NCBI GenBank assembly: GCA_964583105.1
Contig: CAZOUV010000002.1
Location: 26,573-90,572 of the forward strand
DNA from: an uncultured Gammaproteobacteria bacterium
GTDB lineage: Bacteria > Patescibacteriota > Microgenomatia > UBA8517
Length of the DNA stretch: 64,000 nucleotides
Direction of reading: 5' to 3'
The position numbers and the translations under genes were made by a program. The notes under the pieces were generated by a model, which was not told the DNA's origin, ran no database searches, and saw only the letters and a list, made by a program, of their open reading frames with translations. Below, in pieces: positions 56,919 through 64,000 of this stretch (position 1 is the stretch's first letter; the number at the start of each line of letters is the position of its first letter).

Positions 56919-57754
56919 AAAGAAAATATATTCCTTTTGTTTTTCTTGCTTTGGTTTTTTTGTTAATTTTTCTTCCTAAAGGATTAAGAAAAGAAGAGAT
57001 TGATCCAAAACCCCATCTAACACCAACTCCGTCTCCCTCACCAACTCCCACACCTAAACCTTTGACTTTTTCCGAAATGAATTCATTATATGGTCCCTGC
57101 GTTTATCTTCCTGTCTTAATGTATCACCATGTTCAAACACAGGAATCCGCAAAGGAAAAAAATCAAATCGGATTAACTGTAAATACAGAAATTTTTAGAG
57201 TGCAAATGCAATATTTAAAAGATAGAAATTACACAGTTGTTGCCATGGCGGATATTCTTAATTTTTTCGAACAGGGGATTAACCCTCCTTCAAAACCGGT
57301 ACTTATAACTTTTGACGACGGATACTCTGATTTTTATAGTGATGCCTATCCAATATTAAGAGAATTTAATTATCCAGCAACTATTTTTACGACAACGGGT
57401 TTAATAAATAATGCCGACTATCTTCACTGGGACAAAATATCAGAAATGAGTTCGAATAAGATTTTATTTGCAAATCACACATGGTCGCACAAGAATGTAA
57501 AAACAGAGGACGGTGTTTTGAAAATGGAAATTTCTACGGCAGATATTCAGTTAGCCGAAAGAGGTTTAAATAATCCCAAGGTGTTTGCCTATCCTTATGG
57601 TATGGAAAGTGAAAGTGCAGTCTCATTATTAAAAGAGTTGAATTATAAAATGGCTTTTACCACAAGAAGCGGAGGAACATTATGCAAAAAACAAATTTTT
57701 AATTTGCCAAGAATTAGAATCGGAAATACTTCACTTTCAAATTATGGTCTATAA
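56915..57754 (+). CDS. Polysaccharide deacetylase (NodB-family) with signal anchor
   Basis: LMYHHV, ITFDDGYSD and HTWSHK motifs. Confidence 0.75.
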   Translation: MKRKYIPFVFLALVFLLIFLPKGLRKEEIDPKPHLTPTPSPSPTPTPKPLTFSEMNSLYGPCVYLPVLMYHHVQTQESAKEKNQIGLTVNTEIFRVQMQYLKDRNYTVVAMADILNFFEQGINPPSKPVLITFDDGYSDFYSDAYPILREFNYPATIFTTTGLINNADYLHWDKISEMSSNKILFANHTWSHKNVKTEDGVLKMEISTADIQLAERGLNNPKVFAYPYGMESESAVSLLKELNYKMAFTTRSGGTLCKKQIFNLPRIRIGNTSLSNYGL

Positions 57755-57797
57755 TTTGACTTTTTATTAGAGTTTGGTATATGCTTTCAAGCTAGAT

Positions 57798-58073
57798 ATG
57801 ACAAAGAAGGATTTAGTTGATCAGGTTTGTAGAAAAGCGCATCTTACAAAAAAGGCAGCAACTGAAGCAATTGAAGTATTTTTGGATGAGGTTGGAAGAA
57901 TTCTTTCAAAAGGAGAAAAAGTAGTTCTTTCCGGATTTGGAACTTTTAGAGTAATTTCAATGAAAGGAAAAACAGTTAAAATTCCAAAGACAGATAAAAT
58001 GGTTACCATAAAAGCACATCGTTCTCCGAGATTTACCCCAGGCAAGAAACTTAAAAGGCAAGTAGCCCGCTAA
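57798..58073 (+). CDS. hup: DNA-binding protein HU/IHF family
   Basis: MTKKDLVDQVCRKAHLTKKAATEAIEVFLDEV...SGFGTF...HRSPRFTPGKKLK; the start is at the ATG at 57798. Confidence 0.8.
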   Translation: MTKKDLVDQVCRKAHLTKKAATEAIEVFLDEVGRILSKGEKVVLSGFGTFRVISMKGKTVKIPKTDKMVTIKAHRSPRFTPGKKLKRQVAR

Positions 58074-58077
58074 CACT

Positions 58078-58114
58078 GTATAATTGGGCTTAATGGATAA
58101 GCGAGGCTTGTCCA
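58078..58114 (+). promoter_or_regulatory. Extended -10 promoter (TGTATAAT, 58078-58085) followed by a leader hairpin (GGATAAG-cgagg-CTTGTCC, 58096-58114) upstream of the ABC transporter
   Basis: A TGnTATAAT motif, then a 7-bp stem (with one G.U pair) 10 nt downstream. Confidence 0.3.
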
Positions 58115-58120
58115 CAAACT

Positions 58121-59113
58121 TTGTTTATGGATAGGGCAATAGTTGTTGATAGACTGGTTAAAAATTTTGAAGTTGTCCAAAAAGAAAAAGGACTGAAGGG
58201 TTCCATTAAATCTTTATTTTCTCCAAAGAAAAAAACAGTTCATGCGCTTAAAGGAATATCTTTTATTATTCAACCGGGAGAGTTGGTTGGATTTATTGGT
58301 CCAAACGGTGCGGGAAAAACAACAACACTCAAAACTCTTTCCGGGCTTTTATATCCGACATCCGGTTTTGTTCAGGTTTTGGAACACGATCCTTGGGAAA
58401 AAAGACGTGAATTTTTAAAACAAATTTCTTTGGTAATGGGACAAAAAAACCAGCTTTGGTGGGATTTACCAGCTATTGAGACTTTTGAATTAAACAAAGA
58501 GATTTATGAAATTCCCAAAAGGGATTATCAAAGAAATCTTGACGAGTTGGTTACTCTTTTTGATGTAGAAAAACTTCTTAAAACCCAAGTAAGAAGACTT
58601 TCTTTGGGTGAAAGAATGAGAATGGAACTTGTTGCCGCACTTCTTCATAAACCTAAAGTTTTGTTTCTTGACGAACCGACAATAGGACTTGATTTAATAG
58701 GTCAACAAAAGATCCGTGATTTTATATATGAATACAATCACAAAAACAATGCAACAATAATTCTTACTTCACACAATATGGATGATTTAACCAACCTTGC
58801 AAGAAGGGTGATTGTAATAGATGATGGCCGTATTCTGTTTGATGGGGCATTGGAAGAATTAACCCAAAAGTTTGTTAAAGAAAAAACAATCAGAATTTAT
58901 CTTTCCAAAGAGGTAGATATTAAAAATATAGAAAAAATAGGAAAGGTTATAAACATATCTTTTCCCCAGGTTGTGATCTCTGTTCCTAGAACAACGGTTG
59001 CGGTTGCCGCTGCCGAAATTTTACAGAATTTTCCAGTTAATGATTTAACTATAGAAGAAGTTAGGATAGAAGAAATTATAAAAAAAGTTTTTAGAGGCGA
59101 ACTCGCAAAATGA
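58121..59113 (+). CDS. ABC transporter ATP-binding protein
   Basis: Walker A GPNGAGKTT, signature LSLGERMR, and Walker B LFLDEPT. Confidence 0.85.
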   Translation: MFMDRAIVVDRLVKNFEVVQKEKGLKGSIKSLFSPKKKTVHALKGISFIIQPGELVGFIGPNGAGKTTTLKTLSGLLYPTSGFVQVLEHDPWEKRREFLKQISLVMGQKNQLWWDLPAIETFELNKEIYEIPKRDYQRNLDELVTLFDVEKLLKTQVRRLSLGERMRMELVAALLHKPKVLFLDEPTIGLDLIGQQKIRDFIYEYNHKNNATIILTSHNMDDLTNLARRVIVIDDGRILFDGALEELTQKFVKEKTIRIYLSKEVDIKNIEKIGKVINISFPQVVISVPRTTVAVAAAEILQNFPVNDLTIEEVRIEEIIKKVFRGELAK

Positions 59114-59913
59114 AGAAATATTTTCAGATCTTCAAAGTTTCTTTTGAGCAGGAATTTTCCTATAAACTTAATTTCATAATGTGGAGAGTAAGAAATATTT
59201 TGCAAATTGTATTAACTTTTTTTCTCTGGAGTTCAGTATTTGAAAATCCCGATACTCAAGTTTTTGGTTACAATAGGGAAAAAATATTAACTTACGTTTT
59301 TGGGATTTTGATTTTAAGAGCAATTGTATATTCTGCGAAAGCCTTTGATGTGGCGGTTGAAATTTCAAATGGCGATATAAGTAACTTTTTATTAAAACCT
59401 ATAAATTATTTTAAATACTGGGCAACAAGGGATGTTGCCAGTAAAGCCTTGAATTTGGGTTTCTCAATTGTCGAAATTATTATACTTGTTTTAATTTTTA
59501 AACCCGAACTATTTATACAAACAAACATACTTGTGTTATTTTCTGTTTTGTCGTCTATAGTTTTTGCTGCAGTTATATTTTTTTGTCTTCTTTTTTTATC
59601 CAACATTTCCGCTTTTTGGATGCCGGAAAACGGTTGGGCTGCACATTTTTTATTTATAGTTATTATTACGGATTTTCTTTCCGGCGGAATATTCCCGTTG
59701 GATATTTTTCCTGAGGCTTTTCAAAAATTTCTCTATTTAACCCCATTTCCCTATCTTTTATTTTATCCTCTGCAGGTTTATTTAGGGAAAATCTCGGGTT
59801 TGGAAATTGTGAGAGGTTTAATCACATCTTTTGTCTGGATAGGAATATTACTTATAACAATAAAATATTTTTGGGTAAAAGGATTAAAAAGATATTCGGC
59901 GGAGGGAAGATAG
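59110..59913 (+). CDS. ABC-2 type transporter permease
   Basis: A 6-TM hydrophobic protein whose start overlaps the ATPase stop. Confidence 0.6.
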   Translation: MKKYFQIFKVSFEQEFSYKLNFIMWRVRNILQIVLTFFLWSSVFENPDTQVFGYNREKILTYVFGILILRAIVYSAKAFDVAVEISNGDISNFLLKPINYFKYWATRDVASKALNLGFSIVEIIILVLIFKPELFIQTNILVLFSVLSSIVFAAVIFFCLLFLSNISAFWMPENGWAAHFLFIVIITDFLSGGIFPLDIFPEAFQKFLYLTPFPYLLFYPLQVYLGKISGLEIVRGLITSFVWIGILLITIKYFWVKGLKRYSAEGR

Positions 59914-59952
59914 CGTTTGATAATCATATAAACCGTTAATGAAATTATATAA

Positions 59953-60741
59953 ATGAACACTCTTAAAAGATATCTGAAAATCTGGTTAATTATGAGCAGA
60001 AACTCTTTTTTGACGGTTTTTAATCAAAGATCTGCCTTGCTGATATTTTTGACTGGCAAGTTATTAAGGTTTTTCTTCTTTTTTGCCTTTATTATTTTTT
60101 TACTTAAAGGAACAAAGAATCTTGCGGGATACAACTTAAACGAAACATTGCTTTTTTTTCTCACCTTTAACCTAATTGATACGGTTTCACAGTTTCTTTT
60201 TAGGGAAGTTTACAGATTTAGATCAATGATTGTTACGGGAAGATTTGATTTAGTTCTTTCAAAACCTTTAAATCCTCTATTTAGGTCCTTAATGGGAGGA
60301 GCTGATTTGATAGATTTTCTGATAATTTTGCCTTTAACCGTTGCAACTTTTTATGTGGCCAATCTATTAAACCCCTCACCAATACAGGCTATTTTTTTTG
60401 TAGTACTTCTTATAAACGGATTAATTATCGCATCGGCATTTCATATTTTTGTTCTGGCTTTGGGAATAATAACTATGGAAGTTGATCATACGGTAATGAT
60501 ATATAGGGACGTTTTAGCCCTCGGTCGATTTCCAATTGATATTTACAAGGAACCCTTAAAAAGCTTTATTACTTTTCTAATTCCCATAGGCATTATGGTT
60601 AGTTTTCCCGCAAAGTCGGTGATGGGGCTTGTTTCTCCCGCAGGGACTGTTTGGTCGGTTATTTTTGGACTGCTCTTGTTATTTATTTCCTTGAAGTTTT
60701 GGAATTTTGCATTGAAAAAATATTCAAGTGCAAGTAGTTGA
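59953..60741 (+). CDS. ABC-2 type transporter permease (second subunit)
   Basis: A 6-TM hydrophobic protein adjacent to the first permease. Confidence 0.6.
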   Translation: MNTLKRYLKIWLIMSRNSFLTVFNQRSALLIFLTGKLLRFFFFFAFIIFLLKGTKNLAGYNLNETLLFFLTFNLIDTVSQFLFREVYRFRSMIVTGRFDLVLSKPLNPLFRSLMGGADLIDFLIILPLTVATFYVANLLNPSPIQAIFFVVLLINGLIIASAFHIFVLALGIITMEVDHTVMIYRDVLALGRFPIDIYKEPLKSFITFLIPIGIMVSFPAKSVMGLVSPAGTVWSVIFGLLLLFISLKFWNFALKKYSSASS

Positions 60742-61657
60742 TATGATAAATAAGTTATTGGTAATTTGCGGACAAACAGCTACCGGAAAAACATCACTTG
60801 CCGTTTTTCTTGCTAAAAGATTTGACGGAGAGTTAATCTCTGCCGATTCAAGACAGGTTTATAAAGGATTTGACATAGGAACGGGTAAAGATATTCAGGA
60901 AATAAATAAATCCGGCATAAAAATCTGGGGATATGATTTAGTCGAACCTAGAAAAAATTACAGCGTAGGAAATTATATAAAATTTGCCAAAAAGACAATT
61001 GATGATATTCAGAAGAGAAATAAACTTCCAATTCTTGTTGGGGGAACGGGATTATTTATAAAGGGAGTTATTGATGGAATACCTACCGCTTCGGTTCCGC
61101 CAAATTTTAAATTAAGAAAAAGTTTGAAAAATAAAACCCCCGATGAACTTTTTGAGATTTTGGCCCAGTTTGATCCGATTAAAGCAGGATCTTTAAATAG
61201 ATCGGATAAATTAAATCCCAGAAGACTAATAAGGGGAATTGAAGTTGCTTCTTGGGGGATGGAAAAAGGGAGATTGAAAGATTCCAAAAATCCCAAATAC
61301 GACTTTTTGGAAGTGGGGCTTCAAAATAACCCTAAAATTTTATCCAAGAAGATTGCAAAAAGGGTGAAAAAAAGGGTTGATTCAGGTGTTGAAGAAGAGG
61401 TAAAAAAATTAATACTTTCTGGAATCTCTTGGAATAGTCAATCCATGACTTCTTTAGGCTACAGGCAGTGGAAGGACTATTTTGAAAAAAAGGCTTCCAA
61501 AAACCAAATAATTGCCCGTTGGGAAAATGATGAGGTCAAATATGCCAAGAGGCAGCTTACCTGGTTTAAAAAGGATTTGCGTATTAACTGGTATGATTCT
61601 GAGGATGAAAAACTTTATGAAAAGGTGGAAGAATTGGTCAAAAAATGGTATTCTTAG
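60728..61657 (+). CDS. miaA: tRNA dimethylallyltransferase MiaA
   Basis: ICGQTATGKTSLAVFLAKRFDGELISADSRQVYKGFDIGTGK (P-loop plus DSMQ-like motif). The more likely start is the ATG at 60743. Confidence 0.85.
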   Translation: MQVVDMINKLLVICGQTATGKTSLAVFLAKRFDGELISADSRQVYKGFDIGTGKDIQEINKSGIKIWGYDLVEPRKNYSVGNYIKFAKKTIDDIQKRNKLPILVGGTGLFIKGVIDGIPTASVPPNFKLRKSLKNKTPDELFEILAQFDPIKAGSLNRSDKLNPRRLIRGIEVASWGMEKGRLKDSKNPKYDFLEVGLQNNPKILSKKIAKRVKKRVDSGVEEEVKKLILSGISWNSQSMTSLGYRQWKDYFEKKASKNQIIARWENDEVKYAKRQLTWFKKDLRINWYDSEDEKLYEKVEELVKKWYS

Positions 61658-61660
61658 GCC

Positions 61661-62638
61661 ATGATTAAAAAAGTTGAAGTCTCGCACAAGACAATTATCT
61701 TTTCGGTCTTGTTTCTTCTTTTACTCTGGTTTCTATATGTAATTAGGGATGTAATCCTTACTCTATTTGTGGCTGTTTTAATAATGGCAATACTTAACCC
61801 CCTGATCACAAAATTAACCAAATTTAAGATTCCTAGAGGGATTTCGGTTTTGGTTGTTTATGTTCTTGTGTTGGGTCTTTTAAGTTTTACTGTTGCCTCG
61901 ATTGTTACACCTTTGATTGAAGAAACATCGAGTTTTGCCACAGGCCTTCCGAGATATTTGGAAAATACCCAAATCCCCATGCTTTTAGGCAGTGATGCCA
62001 CAAACAATTTAATATCCCAGATTGTTCAGATTCCGGGTCAAATAGTAAAAGTTAGTGTCTCTCTTTTTTCCAATGTTGTTTTGGTATTGGGTTCTTTAGT
62101 TTTTGCTTTTTATCTTCTTGTTGCCAGGGAAAAACTTGTTGGTCAGTTATCATCCTTTTTTGGTGAAGAAAAGGGAAGAAGAATGGCAAAAATTGTAGAT
62201 AATTTGGAGTTCAGACTTGGAAGTTGGATCAGGGGTCAACTTCTACTGATGCTTATTGTGGGCTTGCTTACCTTCCTTGGCCTTATTTTATTAGGCATTC
62301 CCTATGCTCTGCCCCTTGCTCTTTTGGCAGGACTTTTGGAAATTGTTCCAACAATAGGACCTATTATTGCAGCAATACCCTCGATCATTATTGGTTTTGG
62401 AATATCTCCGGTTATTGGTTTTGCAGTAGCTGCACTTGCATTAGTAATTAATCAACTTGAGAATATGGTTTTAGTTCCCAAGATTACCGAAAAATCTGTA
62501 GGAATTTCTCCAATTATTACTCTTCTTGCCTTGGCAATCGGAGCAAGACTTGCGGGAGTTGCGGGAGTAATTATTTCAGTTCCAGTTTTGATAACGATAC
62601 AAGTCCTTCTTAAAGACTATTTATCCTTCAAAGATTGA
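61661..62638 (+). CDS. AI-2E family transporter (UPF0118/PerM-like)
   Basis: About 8 TM helices and the family pattern LLEIVPTIGPIIAAIPSIIIG. Confidence 0.75.
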   Translation: MIKKVEVSHKTIIFSVLFLLLLWFLYVIRDVILTLFVAVLIMAILNPLITKLTKFKIPRGISVLVVYVLVLGLLSFTVASIVTPLIEETSSFATGLPRYLENTQIPMLLGSDATNNLISQIVQIPGQIVKVSVSLFSNVVLVLGSLVFAFYLLVAREKLVGQLSSFFGEEKGRRMAKIVDNLEFRLGSWIRGQLLLMLIVGLLTFLGLILLGIPYALPLALLAGLLEIVPTIGPIIAAIPSIIIGFGISPVIGFAVAALALVINQLENMVLVPKITEKSVGISPIITLLALAIGARLAGVAGVIISVPVLITIQVLLKDYLSFKD

Positions 62639-62668
62639 TTAAAAGACCTTTTTTTGTTATTATTGCCT

Positions 62669-62952
62669 TGCTCTGGAGGAAGGATGATCGCTGCAGGTGA
62701 AAGCCTGTAGAGGAAAGTCCAGGCAGCATAAGGCAGGAGATTCGGCGTAAGCCGGAACCCGTAAGGGCTGGTTAGAGCAACAGTGACGATTCCGCAACGA
62801 GCCTAAAGCTTGTTGAGGAGTGAAACGGGCAATCCCCTCCGCTGCAACCCACGAAAGGTTCGCTATTAGGTCGCCTTACCGAGAACCGAAGATTTGGGGC
62901 ATAGACAGATGATCGTCTTAAAACAGAACCTGGCTTACTAGCCTCCGGAGCA
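62669..62952 (+). ncRNA. rnpB: RNase P RNA (bacterial type A-like, compact)
   Basis: The conserved P4 strands GAGGAAAGTCCAGGC (62710-62724) and ACAGAACCTGGCTTAC (62923-62938). P1 pairing is GCTCTGGAGG (62670-62679) with CCTCCGGAGC (62942-62951). GTGAAACGGGC is present. GC is sharply elevated in an intergenic region. Confidence 0.75.
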
Positions 62953-62957
62953 TAAAG

Positions 62958-62983
62958 AACCCGCAAATAAAGCGGGTTTTTTG
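62958..62983. terminator. Intrinsic terminator (AACCCGC-aaataaa-GCGGGTT + TTTTTG) between convergent rnpB and pyrH
   Basis: A 7-bp stem followed by a T-run. It is positioned to serve both strands. Confidence 0.65.
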
Positions 62984-62991
62984 TTGGTTAA

Positions 62992-63711
62992 TTATGAAAC
63001 CAGTGTTCCAATTGTATTTCCTTTGAGAATTTTATCAATACTATTTAGTTTATTGATATTAAAAACTACAATCGGCATTTTATGATTTTTACACAAACTG
63101 AAGGCAGTTGTATCCATTATTTTAAGATCTTTTTTAATGGCTTCATCGTAAGATATTTTTTTATAAAAAACAGCTTTGGGATTTTTCTTTGGGTCGTTAG
63201 AATAGATGCCATCCACATTAGTTGCTTTTAAGATAAGGTCGCACTTAAGCTCAATTGCTCTTAGGGCAGCTCCGGAATCTGTGGTAAAGAAAGGACTTCC
63301 GACACCTGCCGTAAGGATTATTATTCTTCCCTTTTCCAAGTGTCTTATAGCCCTTCTTCTGATATATGGTTCTGCAACAAATCTCACCTCAAATGCTGTC
63401 ATCATTCTGGTTGGAACACCTAATCTTTCTATGGCTTCTTGAAGAGCCATGCCATTTATAATTGTTGCCAGCATCCCCATATAATCGGCAGTTGCTTCAT
63501 CAACATTTTCTGCTCTTTCCCTGCCTCGAAATATATTTCCTCCGCCGACGACTATTGCAAGTTCCACATTTGTTTTTTTATGAATTGTAATTATTTGTTT
63601 GGCGATATTTCCAAAAGAAGAAAAGTTAATTCCCCGACCACTCTTTTCTCCAAATAGTTCTCCTGTAAGTTTCAAAAGAACCCGTTTATATTTGATGTTT
63701 GTCTTTCTCAC
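62992..63711 (-). CDS. pyrH: UMP kinase
   Basis: KYKRVLLKLTGELF...IVVGGGNIFRG...ILTAGVGSPFFTTDSGAALRA. The start is assigned to the GTG at 63711. The ORF track's upstream extension is antisense to dtd. Confidence 0.85.
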   Translation of the reverse strand: MRKTNIKYKRVLLKLTGELFGEKSGRGINFSSFGNIAKQIITIHKKTNVELAIVVGGGNIFRGRERAENVDEATADYMGMLATIINGMALQEAIERLGVPTRMMTAFEVRFVAEPYIRRRAIRHLEKGRIIILTAGVGSPFFTTDSGAALRAIELKCDLILKATNVDGIYSNDPKKNPKAVFYKKISYDEAIKKDLKIMDTTAFSLCKNHKMPIVVFNINKLNSIDKILKGNTIGTLVS

Positions 63712-63730
63712 TTTTGATACAATACCACTA

Positions 63731-64000
63731 ATGAAACTTGTTGTCCAAAGGGTAAAAAAAGCTTCTGTTAAAACCGTTAAAGATGGTAAGGTGGTTGGGG
63801 AAATAAAAAAAGGATACCTTGTTTTAGTTGGTGTAAAAAAAGAAGATGGCTTGAAAGATGCGGAAATGCTTGCAGGTAGGCTTATTAAACTCAGGATAAT
63901 GGCGGACAAAAATGACAAAATTAATCTTTCTATTAAAGATGTAGATGGGGAAATGTTGGTTGTTTCCCAATTTACTTTATATGCCGAAACATCTGGTGGA
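63731..64000 (+). CDS. dtd: D-aminoacyl-tRNA deacylase (3'-truncated by window edge)
   Basis: Manual translation gives MKLVVQRVKKASVKTV...GYLVLVGV...MLVVSQFTLYAETSGG, with the Dtd SQFTL motif. Confidence 0.75.
   Translation, partial: MKLVVQRVKKASVKTVKDGKVVGEIKKGYLVLVGVKKEDGLKDAEMLAGRLIKLRIMADKNDKINLSIKDVDGEMLVVSQFTLYAETSGG

Noticed and set aside
63712-63918. N-terminal 69-codon extension of the pyrH ORF in the ORF track
   Set aside because: The extension is low-complexity, antisense to the well-supported dtd start, and has no homology to UMP kinase. The conserved N-terminus begins at the GTG at 63711.

Overview
This 64 kb window is a compact, low-GC (~38-40% by eye) bacterial chromosome segment. 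It uses the standard genetic code, and almost every gene is on the + strand. The content is core information-processing machinery in conserved order: hrcA(partial)-grpE-dnaK-dnaJ; nusA-infB-(DHH-like)-rpsO-pnp; capA-like, a truncated Lon-like ATPase, a metallophosphoesterase, UDG, RNase J, ftsK, rodZ-like, alaS; a large membrane protein plus sortase; ruvX-mltG; rpoB-rpoC; the str operon (rpsL-rpsG-fusA-tuf); a complete S10-spc-alpha ribosomal supercluster (rpsJ to rpsI, with secY, adk, map, infA, rpmJ, rpoA); tRNA-Pro(GGG); recA-recX-rny; polysaccharide deacetylase; HU; an ABC-2 transporter; miaA; an AI-2E transporter; RNase P RNA; pyrH (the only minus-strand gene); and the start of dtd. Several proteins are domain-minimised: no L30, no rbfA, short IF2, short AlaRS, a DnaJ without zinc finger, and a cysteine-less UDG. 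Ribosomal proteins carry idiosyncratic extensions (L24 with a zinc ribbon, S12 with a long tail). I infer, but cannot prove from sequence alone, that this is a reduced-genome lineage such as Candidate Phyla Radiation (Patescibacteria). I found no CRISPR array, transposase, integrase or rRNA. The most unusual content is four small unrecognisable ORFs wedged into otherwise near-universal gene junctions (dnaJ|nusA, rpsG|fusA, fusA|tuf, rpsJ|rplC). Each has mildly deviating codon usage, and some have their own consensus-like promoters. A second recurring feature is a consensus sigma70-like promoter followed within about 10-70 nt by a stable hairpin plus U-tract, immediately upstream of nusA, rpoB, tuf, rplC and the ABC transporter. 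I interpret these as attenuator-type leaders. Upstream of rplC one of them delimits an ~85-nt structured RNA ending in a strong intrinsic terminator.
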